From a virus: a DNA stretch of 32,000 nucleotides. The stretch is from positions 13,749-45,748 of IMG/VR virus record IMGVR_UViG_3300045988_122038; one strand, 5' to 3'. Both the position numbers and the translations under genes were made by a program. Positions 13,855 to 24,165 of this stretch are shown in pieces (positions within the stretch are counted from its first letter, which is position 1; each line of letters opens with the position of its first letter). A model generated the notes under the pieces. The model was given only the letters and a program-made list of their open reading frames with translations. It searched no databases and had not been told where the DNA came from.

Positions 13855-14499
13855 ATGGCAGAAAAAAACAAAGTACGATTCGGTCTAAAAAATGTACATG
13901 TATGTTCTATTACAGAAAGTGCAGGATCAATTACATATGGTACGCCTACTGCATGGAAAGGTGCTAAATCATTAACACTAGATCCAGAAGGAGATACAAA
14001 TACATATTATGCAGATAACACTGCGTATTTCACAACGAATACAAACAATGGATATTCAGGAAGTTTGGAAATGTCTGAAATTCCTGAAGAAATTGAAAAA
14101 ATGATTTTCAATACAGTGACAACAGAAGAAGGTAACTTAGCAGAAGATGCAAACGTATTGCCTAATAATGTTGCGCTTATGTTCCAATTTGAAGGTGATG
14201 TAAGTGCTACTAAACATATCTTCTATAAGGTTGTATTTGCACGACCAAATGTAGAAGGTGAAACAAAAGAAGAAAGCACTGATCCTACTACTACATCGAT
14301 GGATATTACAGCAGTTCCTGTTGAGAAAGATGATCATCAATGGGTAAAGGCAAAATGTCGTAAAGGTGATACAAATTATGAGAGTTTCTTTACAACTGCT
14401 CCAACATTACCTACTCCAAAAGCTGGTGAAATGAGCCAGGAAGAAAGTACACCGGTAGATGTACAAAGTGATGATGGAAAGGAAGTGAGCACATTATAA
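13855..14499 (+). CDS. major tail (tube) protein, phi13-like
   Basis: N-terminus NKVRFGLKNVHVCSITE. Position is before the chaperone and tape-measure genes. Confidence 0.75.
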   Translation: MAEKNKVRFGLKNVHVCSITESAGSITYGTPTAWKGAKSLTLDPEGDTNTYYADNTAYFTTNTNNGYSGSLEMSEIPEEIEKMIFNTVTTEEGNLAEDANVLPNNVALMFQFEGDVSATKHIFYKVVFARPNVEGETKEESTDPTTTSMDITAVPVEKDDHQWVKAKCRKGDTNYESFFTTAPTLPTPKAGEMSQEESTPVDVQSDDGKEVSTL

Positions 14500-14517
14500 G
14501 AGGGGCAACCCCCTCTT
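14498..14517 (+). terminator. GC-rich hairpin immediately after the major tail gene (attenuator/stabiliser candidate)
   Basis: AAGAGGGG / CCCCTCTT stem with a 4-nt loop and only a short T tract. Confidence 0.4.
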
Positions 14518-14528
14518 TGTGAGGTTAT

Positions 14529-14960
14529 ATGGAACAGACGTTAAGTATTGATGGTAAAAAATATAATTTATTGTATAAAGGCAAAACGGCTAGCATTTAT
14601 AGAGATTGTTTCAACAGAGATTTGTTAGTGGATATTCAGGAAGTGCAAATCAAATTTGGTGAAGCTATCGAAAAAAATGTTCGTGAAGGAAATCCTGATC
14701 GAGATCCTTATTTCACTTTATTACAAGCAAACGGATCTTTATTTTTTGAAAGATTAGTTTGGGTATGTATCAAGACGTATGACACATATCATGGAAAAGA
14801 AACAAAAGCGTTCCAAGATTTTGTTGATGAAATTGAAGATTATCAAACCTATGTAATGAGCGGAGTTGTTATTCTAGAACAAATTATCAATGCAAATAAA
14901 GCAACGGTACAAGATGAATCCGATGAAGTGGTTTCAGATGATAAAAAAAAAGAAGCGTAA
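14529..14960 (+). CDS. tail assembly chaperone (gpG-like)
   Basis: Position is between the major tail and tape-measure genes. Ends in the A9 slippery run. Confidence 0.75.
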   Translation: MEQTLSIDGKKYNLLYKGKTASIYRDCFNRDLLVDIQEVQIKFGEAIEKNVREGNPDRDPYFTLLQANGSLFFERLVWVCIKTYDTYHGKETKAFQDFVDEIEDYQTYVMSGVVILEQIINANKATVQDESDEVVSDDKKKEA

Positions 14961-15145
14961 GCTACACTGATTTAGTATTAGGTGGATTAAATTTAGGATT
15001 AAAAATAGATGAAATAGAGGATATGGGCATAGGAAGATTGTTTGATTTGATTATTGCACGTGGAAATATGCAGTCCAAAGTAAATAATTCAAAAAACAAA
15101 ATTCGTATTCGTAAAGCAGTCCAAAGCGACTTTGACAGATTTTAG
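14529..15145 (+). CDS. tail assembly chaperone -1 frameshift fusion (gpGT-like)
   Basis: Slippery A AAA AAA at 14945-14951. The -1 frame from 14951 stays open for 64 codons (RSVSYTDLVLGGLNLGLKIDEIEDMGIGRLFDLIIARG...DFDRF) to TAG at 15143-15145, just before the tape-measure SD. Confidence 0.65.
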
Positions 15146-15157
15146 GAGGTACTAAAA

Positions 15158-18100
15158 TTGTCAGGTTACAGTCAAGTAAGAGGTATCTCCGTAAAAATTG
15201 ATGGAGATACTACAGGCTTTCAAAAAGCAATTAATAAAATAAAATCCGAAACAGCAGGATTAGATAAAACAATGTCAAAACTGAAGTCTTCTATGAAATT
15301 CAACGAAGGAGATTTTCAGTCCTTTGCGACATATCAGAACTTGTTACAAGATAAAATCAAAAGCACAACTAAGCAATTGGAAGTCTATAACAAGAAACTG
15401 ATGAATTATCCAAAGACACAGAAGCAGTGGGCCGATGCGGTTTCTTCTGCTACTAAGTCTGTTGATAATTACACTCATACGTTTAATTCTTTGAATAAAG
15501 AATATACAAACAACAACAAGCAGATCAACGCATGGAAAGAAGCAATTGCGAACGGTACGCGTTCGGCAGAACAAGGCGAAAATGCTATTCAAAGGTTAGC
15601 TTCACGAAATGTCACTTTAAAAGAAGCAATGGATGATTGTAATTCAGGCATTGCCGAACAAAAAAAGGTATTGGTTGATTTAGGTAGTACATACGAAGAT
15701 TCTCAACGCACATATCTTGGTTTAAAAGCAGGTGCTTTAGGCCTTAAGAATGAATTGGCAGGTATGTCAAAATCATTTATTTCAACGAATGAAACTTTGT
15801 TGAGACTGTATGATACGTTAGGAAAAGTAAGCTCAAAATCAGAACAGTTTGCAAACACTGTAAAACCATTGTCTATGTTATCTTTTGCGGGTATTGCAGC
15901 CGCCACTAAGACGGCTATTGAGTTTGAGGATGCATGGACTGGTGTTACAAAAACAGTAAATGCAACACCTCAACAGTTTGAAAAAATCAATGCTGGATTA
16001 AAAGATCTTGCTCAAAATACATCGAGTACATATCAAGATATTGCACATTATGCAGAACTTGCAGGACAAATGGGTATCCCTACAGATGCTATTGTTGGAT
16101 TTACTAAAACTATTACAGAATTGGGGGATACTACAAATCTTGTTGGTGAAGAAGCAGCACAAAGTATTGCCAAATTCTCAAATGTAATGGTTTCGCAGTC
16201 TAAAAAGACGAATACATATTATTCTCGTTTAGGTTCTACAATCGTAGATTTGGGAAATAAATTCTCTACAACTGAAGCAGATATTATGAATATGGCTACT
16301 AGATTAGGTGTTGCAGGTAAGATGGTAGGCTTTAACTCTAATGAAGTATTAGGGTTATCAACTGCATTATCTTCATTAGGTATTGAAGCCGCTGCTGGTG
16401 GTAGTTCTGTATCTAAAATGTTGAAGACAATTGATCTATCTGTTTCTACGGGAGATAAGAAACTACAAAAGTTTGCAGAAGTATCCGGCATGACTTCTCA
16501 ACAATTCCAAAAAGCTTGGGGAGAAGATGCAGCGGGAACATTCTTAAAGTTTGTTCAAGGTATCGGAAAATCGGCGGATGTTACAAAAACATTGGATGAA
16601 TTAGGCATTAAGGAAGTACGACAAGCACAGTCAATGGGTGCTTTGGCGCAAAGTTCGGATGTATTGGCTAGTGCATTAAATGTTTCTAAAAATGCATGGA
16701 ATGACAATACGGCCATGGCAAACGAAGCAGAAAAGCGTTATGCGACATTGAAATCTCAATTATCTCAAACATGGGAAGCAATTAAACAAGCTGGTAATGA
16801 ATTAGGTCAGGCATTTACACCTACTTTAACGGATCTATTAAAGATAGTAAAAAAGGCAGCTAATGCATTCTCTAATTTAGATGATGGAACGCAACAGACG
16901 ATTGCAAAGATGTTATTGTTGACGGCAGCCGCTTATCCAACTGCAAAAGGTGTAAGTAAAGTAGCTGGTGCAACGCAAAGTGCTGTTGGATTCTTTACTA
17001 AAGCACATCCAAAATTACAAAAGGTAGCAGATGGATTTGGAGTTGTTGCAAAAGAAGGAGAAGTAGCAAGTACTTCTATCGTTTCGTTAGGAAAAGGTTT
17101 TGTGTTAACTCATCCAGCAATCACGGCTGTTACAGTTGCACTTGGTGCTTTTGCAGGTGCTGTTGTTTGGGCCGATAAAAAACGCAAGGAAGCGATGGAA
17201 ACTGCAAATAAAGAGCTTGCATATAAAGATACAGATTATGCAGTTACATTAAAAGTTATTGATGGTTATGAGAAGTATGCAAAGTCAATGTCTAAAACTA
17301 AGACAAGTATGGGTGAAATTGTAACTCAATATATGCAAAACAACAAAACCGCAAGTCATTTGATGAAAACAATTGAAGATCTTAACGCAAAAGAATCTTT
17401 AAATGCTACGCAAAAGGCTATGCTTGCAGAAGCGGTTATGGAGTTAAATCAACTTTATCCTGATTTGGGAGTAGAAATTGATGAGAATACTGGAAAACTG
17501 AATCTTAATAAAGATGCACATTATGAAAGTATTGATGCAATCAAAGAAAGAATCACTCAGATTCAAGAAGAAGCAAAACAAGAAGCGTTGGCAAGTATCG
17601 TAAAGAAAAATGCCACTGCTCGATTGAAAGCGGAATTAAAGAATGCAGAACTAACAGAAAGCATAAAGAGCACAACAGAAGCATTTAAAAAATTAAATGC
17701 AGAGTATATTGCCGGTCATATATCAATGCAAGATTACATGAATCAATCAAGTGCATTGAAAGAAACTGTATCTACATTATGTACTGATTTAGCAGACTCA
17801 TATACAAAACTACATGAAACACAAACTCAGTCTATATTGCAGTCGAATTATTTGGAAACACAGTCGTTTGAACAGATGGGAACAAACATGAAGATTAAAT
17901 TGACTGACATTGCAGCACAGGCAGCTCAAGCAGGTATTCGCATTCCTATTGGTATTCAAGAAGGTATTACAAATGGAACTGCAAATGCGGTAGAAGCAGC
18001 TAACTATATGGCTAGTTTGATGAATTTTCAACAACTTGTAGATCAAGCCGGTATGATCGGTGGTTCTATTCCTATGAGTGTAGCCAATAGTATTCTTGCA

Positions 18101-18931
18101 AATTGTGGAAGTATCACAGAAGCAACCAATGCCATGAACAATTTAATTACATTGGCACAGGCAGTTCAAACTGCTGGTATTGAAGGACAACAAATTCCTG
18201 CTGATGTAGCTGAAAAAGTTGCTAGTGGACAAATGTCTGTTGGAGATGCGGTAACTAAAATGATGCAAGACACAGATCCGAAAATGAAAGAAGCCGGTGA
18301 AAAGATGAAAAAACAAGCTGACAAATCAATCACTGGTATTGCGGATGCATTTGCGAATGACGGAACTACATCAGCTGCTGTTGGAAGTATGGGCGGAAAG
18401 ATGGAAAAATCACTGCAACCTCACTTAGACGGTATGGTTACAAGCTCTGCTAAAGCTTATTCAGATATTAAATCAAATATTGATAAAGCTCAAAGTTATG
18501 CAGACAGTCATCCTATCACGGTTACACATACAACTATAAAAAAGACAAGAGTTGTTGAAGGTGATGACAATAAAAAATATTTCCCACAATCTTTGTTTAA
18601 TGCGGATAAACCTGTAGTTGACACGGATATAATGCCAATGGATGCGGATAAGATTGCTACATATTCAGATATCAGTCCATATGCATCTGTTGCGAATGCT
18701 ACAACAGCTATTATGGGTGGAACTACATCACGAAGCTATGGAAGCGTTGGTAATATAAATTTGAGTGCAATCACAAATAGATTGGATCAAATGATTAATG
18801 CGATTGGAAATTGTGATCTAACAATCAATCTACAACCTATGCAATTGGATGGAAATGTTGTTACAGATACTGTACAAGAAATTATATCAATTCGAGATAT
18901 GTTGAAATCATGGGGAAATGGAGGTTCATAG
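15158..18931 (+). CDS. tail tape measure protein (1257 aa)
   Basis: TTG start after AGGAGG. Large helical protein with a hydrophobic central segment and a TP901-type core pattern (ELGDTTNLVGEEAAQSIAKFSNVM). Confidence 0.95.
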   Translation: MSGYSQVRGISVKIDGDTTGFQKAINKIKSETAGLDKTMSKLKSSMKFNEGDFQSFATYQNLLQDKIKSTTKQLEVYNKKLMNYPKTQKQWADAVSSATKSVDNYTHTFNSLNKEYTNNNKQINAWKEAIANGTRSAEQGENAIQRLASRNVTLKEAMDDCNSGIAEQKKVLVDLGSTYEDSQRTYLGLKAGALGLKNELAGMSKSFISTNETLLRLYDTLGKVSSKSEQFANTVKPLSMLSFAGIAAATKTAIEFEDAWTGVTKTVNATPQQFEKINAGLKDLAQNTSSTYQDIAHYAELAGQMGIPTDAIVGFTKTITELGDTTNLVGEEAAQSIAKFSNVMVSQSKKTNTYYSRLGSTIVDLGNKFSTTEADIMNMATRLGVAGKMVGFNSNEVLGLSTALSSLGIEAAAGGSSVSKMLKTIDLSVSTGDKKLQKFAEVSGMTSQQFQKAWGEDAAGTFLKFVQGIGKSADVTKTLDELGIKEVRQAQSMGALAQSSDVLASALNVSKNAWNDNTAMANEAEKRYATLKSQLSQTWEAIKQAGNELGQAFTPTLTDLLKIVKKAANAFSNLDDGTQQTIAKMLLLTAAAYPTAKGVSKVAGATQSAVGFFTKAHPKLQKVADGFGVVAKEGEVASTSIVSLGKGFVLTHPAITAVTVALGAFAGAVVWADKKRKEAMETANKELAYKDTDYAVTLKVIDGYEKYAKSMSKTKTSMGEIVTQYMQNNKTASHLMKTIEDLNAKESLNATQKAMLAEAVMELNQLYPDLGVEIDENTGKLNLNKDAHYESIDAIKERITQIQEEAKQEALASIVKKNATARLKAELKNAELTESIKSTTEAFKKLNAEYIAGHISMQDYMNQSSALKETVSTLCTDLADSYTKLHETQTQSILQSNYLETQSFEQMGTNMKIKLTDIAAQAAQAGIRIPIGIQEGITNGTANAVEAANYMASLMNFQQLVDQAGMIGGSIPMSVANSILANCGSITEATNAMNNLITLAQAVQTAGIEGQQIPADVAEKVASGQMSVGDAVTKMMQDTDPKMKEAGEKMKKQADKSITGIADAFANDGTTSAAVGSMGGKMEKSLQPHLDGMVTSSAKAYSDIKSNIDKAQSYADSHPITVTHTTIKKTRVVEGDDNKKYFPQSLFNADKPVVDTDIMPMDADKIATYSDISPYASVANATTAIMGGTTSRSYGSVGNINLSAITNRLDQMINAIGNCDLTINLQPMQLDGNVVTDTVQEIISIRDMLKSWGNGGS

Positions 18932-18932
18932 A

Positions 18933-19715
18933 ATGTATCATTTTAGATTTACACCTGAGAATAAACTGCGTTATACGCAAAATATTATGTATTTATTAAA
19001 GGTAAGTGAGCGTCCTGTTATTCCTATGGCAGAGGAAATTGTAGAAACATCTACACTTGGTGACGGTACTACATCGTATCGTCATACAGGTGTATATCAA
19101 GATCGCAAAATTCCTATCAAATGCAACTTTGTTTTAAATAGCAAGAAAGAATATCTAGATCGTATCTATAAAATCCAACAATATTTTAATGGAAATAAAG
19201 GAATATTGGAGTTAACTAGTGATGATAGAGAACATTATTGGAAGGTAAAAAATGTAACATTTGATATGGATTCTAGAGATTTTGGACGAGGAAGTGAATT
19301 TACAATCACATTTATTTGTGAACCTTACAGATACGTAAATAAGTATTCAAGACCTTACGATATTGTAAGTGGTAAAAAGGTAGAACTTGCGAATTATTAT
19401 GAAACAGCATATCCAATCTATCGTCTATATAACACTTCCATGAACGCAAGAAACATTACGATTAATTGTAACGGAAATAATTTTACAATCACAAATCCTT
19501 TCAATGGTACATCGGATATTTCGTATATTGAAATCAATACAGAGAATTCTTATATGAAAACATACTATAAAAATGGAACGTATAAATATGACACATTGAA
19601 AACAAGTGGATCTTTTGACGGACTTAAATTTAATTATGGTTCAAATAATGTATTGATCACAACAGATATTGGTGCTATTCGTGCAGAAATTATACGTAAT
19701 TATAGGGAGAAATAA
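18933..19715 (+). CDS. distal tail protein (Dit)
   Basis: The ATG at 18933 lies 7 nt after GGAGG and 1 nt after the tape-measure stop. Position fits. Confidence 0.7.
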   Translation: MYHFRFTPENKLRYTQNIMYLLKVSERPVIPMAEEIVETSTLGDGTTSYRHTGVYQDRKIPIKCNFVLNSKKEYLDRIYKIQQYFNGNKGILELTSDDREHYWKVKNVTFDMDSRDFGRGSEFTITFICEPYRYVNKYSRPYDIVSGKKVELANYYETAYPIYRLYNTSMNARNITINCNGNNFTITNPFNGTSDISYIEINTENSYMKTYYKNGTYKYDTLKTSGSFDGLKFNYGSNNVLITTDIGAIRAEIIRNYREK

Positions 19716-19717
19716 AG

Positions 19718-21298
19718 ATGATTCATTTATTCTTTTCTAGAAAAAAAACAACATATGCACAAATGAAAGAACGTAATGGAGATGTGATTTTAAAACATTG
19801 TATAAGTGCTAAGGCAGTATTTGAAAGAAATTCTATTTGGTGCGTAGAAATAGAATTCCCAAAAAGTGATTTGATGGGTATGGAAATCAGTGATGAATCC
19901 GTGTTTAAAGTGGATATAAATTTTGAAGAACCTCAGTTATATAGAATTGCGTATCCAAAATACAACAAGCAAAGCGATACATATACATGCTATGCAACAC
20001 ATGTGTTCTTTGATTCCCAAAAAGAAGTGTTTGTGTTTGATGATCGTACTATGAGTGGTACATGGCAAGATGCAGTGAATACCGCAAATGATATTATCAC
20101 AAATTCACGGCCCAATTATCCTTATAAAATTTATGGACATGGGGAATATGCAAATTATGAAAATGTTAATGCAGAAGATGGAAAAATCGTTTATTTCCGA
20201 AATATTCAGAATAGTGGGTATTGTTTGGATGTTCCAAACGCAAGTGAAGATGCATCTATACAATTGCAGATGTATCAAAGAAACAGAACGTCTGCACAGA
20301 CTTTCATGTTGAAAAAAGTAGGGTCAAACGAATATGGAGACATATACGGAATTTTATCATTGTGTTCATGTAGATGGTTGAAATTGGATTCAGGAAAGGT
20401 TGTGTTAGGAAGTCTTTCCGAAAGTCCATCAGGTAATTCTGAGAAATGGTGGTTTATAAACAATGGATCTAGTTATGATATTGCGCCATATGAAAACGTA
20501 GGTTATAGCATTTATCCTAGTTCAACAAGCATTGGAAATGGAAATAAAGTTATCGTTGCAGATAAAAGTGTAGGAAATGCTTGTAAATGGATGATTGAAG
20601 ATGTGGATTCCACACAAACGGCATATTGGGTTCGATATAATCTGATTCAATGTATGTTTGGAACAGAAGAAAATTCTATGATGAACAGATGGCCTGAATG
20701 TGAAAGTGATAGATTTGTTGCGATGTTCAACAATTATGATTGCTACTTTGGAAATCCAGATTATTATGCTTCCAATTTAAAGCCAAATGATTTCTTTATA
20801 AGTAATAAAGAAATGTCAGAATATACTCAGAAAAAATCAATGGAAAATGTAGTTACAGGAATCATACCTAAAGCGTACAATGGACGCATTTTGCCAAATC
20901 ACGAGATTATCAAGGCTAGTAATTGGGATACAAATGAAATTCACAGAATTGATGTGAAAGAATATTCCAATATCAAATTGATTGCGGATGATTCACAAGC
21001 AAAGAAAACAACATTGGGCGTATTTACAAATGAAGCGAATTTTAGGAACTATCTTAGAATACAAGCTAAAAAATCTTTGGAGAAAGAACTGCAAGAACCA
21101 AAAACAGAAACTTCTATTAAATTTGAAGAACTATTTTCATCTAATGTGCCTGATGCACAGATGTTAAAGTTAAATGATTCGATTTATGTAGAAACTGAGT
21201 TTGGAAAACGAGAACGGTTTTATTTAAATAAATTAACCTATAACTTGATTACGGAACATCCTGAAGATTTAGATCTTGTATTAGAAAGTGAGGTATAA
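19718..21298 (+). CDS. tail-associated (Tal / prophage-tail endopeptidase-like) protein with an inserted ricin-type beta-trefoil lectin domain
   Basis: Position is after Dit. Residues ~155-295 (nt 20180-20602) show three subrepeats ending AQTFML / EKWWF / CKWMIE, and YCLDV...IQLQMY. Confidence 0.65.
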   Translation: MIHLFFSRKKTTYAQMKERNGDVILKHCISAKAVFERNSIWCVEIEFPKSDLMGMEISDESVFKVDINFEEPQLYRIAYPKYNKQSDTYTCYATHVFFDSQKEVFVFDDRTMSGTWQDAVNTANDIITNSRPNYPYKIYGHGEYANYENVNAEDGKIVYFRNIQNSGYCLDVPNASEDASIQLQMYQRNRTSAQTFMLKKVGSNEYGDIYGILSLCSCRWLKLDSGKVVLGSLSESPSGNSEKWWFINNGSSYDIAPYENVGYSIYPSSTSIGNGNKVIVADKSVGNACKWMIEDVDSTQTAYWVRYNLIQCMFGTEENSMMNRWPECESDRFVAMFNNYDCYFGNPDYYASNLKPNDFFISNKEMSEYTQKKSMENVVTGIIPKAYNGRILPNHEIIKASNWDTNEIHRIDVKEYSNIKLIADDSQAKKTTLGVFTNEANFRNYLRIQAKKSLEKELQEPKTETSIKFEELFSSNVPDAQMLKLNDSIYVETEFGKRERFYLNKLTYNLITEHPEDLDLVLESEV

Positions 21299-21299
21299 C

Positions 21300-21896
21300 A
21301 TGGCGATTGTATATAGTCATTTAACTGTAAGTCTTACAAAAGAAAATTCTGATTTAATGTTGGAAATGCTTCAAGGAGATACAGGACGAGGACTTATTGT
21401 ATTTGTGAGTGATGATGTGATTGTAGATGAACCGTCAGAAACTGACTCATCATTAACGGCTACGCTGTGGATTGAAAAACCAAGTGGATTAAATGTAAGT
21501 GTGGATGCGACTAGTGTATCACGATTTGAAAACTCGAATGCTTATGAAATTACATTTTCTGACACAGAAACGTTTGCAAATATTCTAGCAGAAGCAGGTA
21601 TTGTAAGTGCTGAAATCGTATTGAGTTCAGATAATACATTTGTAACTTCATTCACATTTAAAATTAAAGTTGTAAAGAATTTTGCGTTAGATAGTGGTAT
21701 TGATTCAACAGAAAATTTTAAAAATCTGTTAGATGCGATTGCAAAGGCACAAACAACTATTAAAACATTGGAAGGATATCAAAAACAATTTGATGATCGA
21801 TTAAAGCTTACTGTAAATGTACGTAGTGGAACTACAGATCCTACTGTACAAGATGGTGATAAAGCTGGGGATATCTATATCAAATACGAGGAATAG
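21300..21896 (+). CDS. baseplate upper protein-like (BppU N-domain-like)
   Basis: ATG 21300 follows 'gtgaggt'. Motif MLQGDTGRGLIVFVSDD. Confidence 0.45.
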   Translation: MAIVYSHLTVSLTKENSDLMLEMLQGDTGRGLIVFVSDDVIVDEPSETDSSLTATLWIEKPSGLNVSVDATSVSRFENSNAYEITFSDTETFANILAEAGIVSAEIVLSSDNTFVTSFTFKIKVVKNFALDSGIDSTENFKNLLDAIAKAQTTIKTLEGYQKQFDDRLKLTVNVRSGTTDPTVQDGDKAGDIYIKYEE

Positions 21897-21899
21897 TGT

Positions 21900-22937
21900 A
21901 TGACTATTTTAGCAACGTTAACCTATAATCCGTATTTAATGCTTACGTTTGAATCTTACAACGAGAGATACGAAGGTTCGTATCCTAATTTAAGATTTAA
22001 AGCGGATGTAAGGTTTAAGTACACCGGAAACTTCAAAATCCAAGCAAACAATGTTGTTACTCTTGGAGGACTTTCTAAAACTATTTCAAGGTGGGATTTA
22101 AATTATATTCAGGATTCAGGATGGTATTATCTAGGACAGATTAATGAACCTATGTACTGCAATAGACAACGTTATTTTGAATGGGATGCGAGTTGTCAAG
22201 GATGGCCTAATTTATCAGGAAAAGCAAGATTGACTACACCATTAATTGATTTACCATCATATGATGCATGGATATCAGGTGTTGGAAACAATGACATTTC
22301 AATTTTTGGAAAGTTGAAAACCAATCCATATAACTTATATACATTACGTTTATATTCTAATAAGGATGAACAATTTGTAAGTAATAATTTAAATGGAAAT
22401 TATTCTTTTACTGGCCTTACTCAGAAAACACAATATGAATTTCATGTAGAACCTTATATGGCAGACTGTAGCGGAAATAGATTGTCACAAACGGTATTAA
22501 GGGCCACTACATTGGAAAACTACGCTTCTGTATATGTAACTTATGTAGATTTTGAAATTATCAAAGGTAGTGGAAATACAGATGATGTGAAATTCACTGT
22601 ACATACATCGGATGATGGACATGTTAAATCAGTAACATACAAAGATGGCTCAAGCCAAAACACAGTGAATTCTAGAGAATTTACGCTATCTTCTATTCCA
22701 AAAAATACAGAAAAAACGATTCAAGTACTTGTTACAGATTCGTTAGACAGAACATCTTCATGGGTGAACGTTAAATTCAATACAACGTTTACACATATGG
22801 AAGTGTGGAGGTTTGATGGAACAAGATGGAAACGTGGCTATTCATTAGCAGTTACACAGAATAGAAGTAATTATCAGTTATGTAGATTATTTGTTTTTGA
22901 TGGATTGGAATGGAAAAAGGCAATTCTATATAAGTAG
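21900..22937 (+). CDS. baseplate / tail structural protein with an FN3-like segment
   Basis: The segment NGNYSFTGLTQKTQYEFHVEPY resembles an FN3 signature. Position fits. Confidence 0.4.
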   Translation: MTILATLTYNPYLMLTFESYNERYEGSYPNLRFKADVRFKYTGNFKIQANNVVTLGGLSKTISRWDLNYIQDSGWYYLGQINEPMYCNRQRYFEWDASCQGWPNLSGKARLTTPLIDLPSYDAWISGVGNNDISIFGKLKTNPYNLYTLRLYSNKDEQFVSNNLNGNYSFTGLTQKTQYEFHVEPYMADCSGNRLSQTVLRATTLENYASVYVTYVDFEIIKGSGNTDDVKFTVHTSDDGHVKSVTYKDGSSQNTVNSREFTLSSIPKNTEKTIQVLVTDSLDRTSSWVNVKFNTTFTHMEVWRFDGTRWKRGYSLAVTQNRSNYQLCRLFVFDGLEWKKAILYK

Positions 22938-22952
22938 AAGGGAGGAGCATAC

Positions 22953-23246
22953 ATGGAGATAAAAAGAGATCATATCTTTATTCGTCAAGGTGATACTATC
23001 ATTTCTGAAATATCTTTTAATTTCAAAAGTGGAAACACATTTATACCTGGAGAAAAAGATCAATGTTTATTTGTTATTATGAAAAATTTTAAAATGGTTA
23101 AATGTGTTGAAATTAAAGATGATTTAAAAATCAGGTGTCCTACAGATGATTTAGAAGTTGGAACTTATTCTTGGGCTATTCGAGTAATGGCAAATGGTAT
23201 TCATGATACACCGTTATCTGGTACATTGATAGTAAGAGGAGGGTAG
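22953..23246 (+). CDS. small structural protein (97 aa, Ig-like / BppU-N-like)
   Basis: SD GGGAGGAG. Motif IRQGDTIISEISF. Confidence 0.45.
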   Translation: MEIKRDHIFIRQGDTIISEISFNFKSGNTFIPGEKDQCLFVIMKNFKMVKCVEIKDDLKIRCPTDDLEVGTYSWAIRVMANGIHDTPLSGTLIVRGG

Positions 23247-23248
23247 AA

Positions 23249-24157
23249 ATGGCTAAATTAAATGCAACTTTAAGTTTTGACTTAGATACATATGCAGGTG
23301 TAGATAATGAAACGCTTGTCATTGATGCACGTACTCGTGAGATTTATATTCCTGATCCTGAAAACGTATTTGGTGTTCAATACGATAAAGATTCTAAATA
23401 TATTCGGTTTAGGGTTATCAATACAGTTTCAGAAATATTTAAAATGGAAGATGCTTTAATACGAGTTAATTATCGAGATTCAAAAAACATTATCGGGTCA
23501 AGTATAACCACAGATAAAGTCACTTACTATGATACATGTGAATTTGCCTGGATTGTACCTAATAACGCATTAAAAAATAAAGGAGATCTTTATTTTGTGG
23601 TTAGTGCGGTTATTGTAGATGACGATGGAATTATTCAAAAAAGATGGGCTACTACACTATCAAGAGTTGTTACTCCTGAAAGTATATATTCAAAATCTGC
23701 TTCATTAGATCAAAATGAACGAGATGAGATTGCAATGCTGCTTTTATTAGTGTCCGAAAAGTGCAATCAAGCAGTGGAGGATATAAGAGAAGCACGTGAT
23801 ACATGTGTAACAACGATTACAAATATCAAAGATTCAGGGATTAAAGAATTAAATGATTTGATTTCCAAGTATGGCATACGTTTTGAGGATTTAAGTGTTC
23901 TGAAATCTAGAGTAGATCAATTATTCGATTCAGGAAACTTGCCTGATGCCAATACTGAAATAACGGATATTCGTATAGGATATGACGGAACAATTTATTC
24001 AACAGCTGGAAATGCGATAAGAATACAGATTTCTAATATTATGGAAATGATATTAGATAACCATTTTTATACACCTTTATTAATTGATATAGATTCTGAA
24101 CTGATAGATGAAGAAAATAACATATTGCAAGCAGATTGGCGATATAAAGTTGAATAG
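23249..24157 (+). CDS. baseplate/fibre protein (302 aa)
   Basis: GVQYDKDSKYIRFRV is a BppU-N-like motif. The C-terminal NHFYTPL...ELIDE..NILQADWRYKVE is shared with the ORF at 25415. Confidence 0.5.
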   Translation: MAKLNATLSFDLDTYAGVDNETLVIDARTREIYIPDPENVFGVQYDKDSKYIRFRVINTVSEIFKMEDALIRVNYRDSKNIIGSSITTDKVTYYDTCEFAWIVPNNALKNKGDLYFVVSAVIVDDDGIIQKRWATTLSRVVTPESIYSKSASLDQNERDEIAMLLLLVSEKCNQAVEDIREARDTCVTTITNIKDSGIKELNDLISKYGIRFEDLSVLKSRVDQLFDSGNLPDANTEITDIRIGYDGTIYSTAGNAIRIQISNIMEMILDNHFYTPLLIDIDSELIDEENNILQADWRYKVE

Positions 24158-24165
24158 GTGAGATT

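Noticed and set aside
7201-18046. Antisense ORFs nested in structural genes (e.g. 7201-7401, 7640-7849, 7765-7959, 8992-9183, 11088-11363, 12999-13193, 14137-14340, 15344-15592, 15703-15906, 16219-16491, 17810-18046)
   Set aside because: All lie entirely inside long, confidently identified + strand genes, lack SDs and have low-complexity or hydrophobic shadow-frame composition.
19741-19748. A8 homopolymer near the start of the Tal gene as a possible frameshift or phase-variation site
   Set aside because: The -1 frame hits a stop within about 12 codons, and no alternative ORF follows. This is unlike the A-runs at 12312 and 14943.
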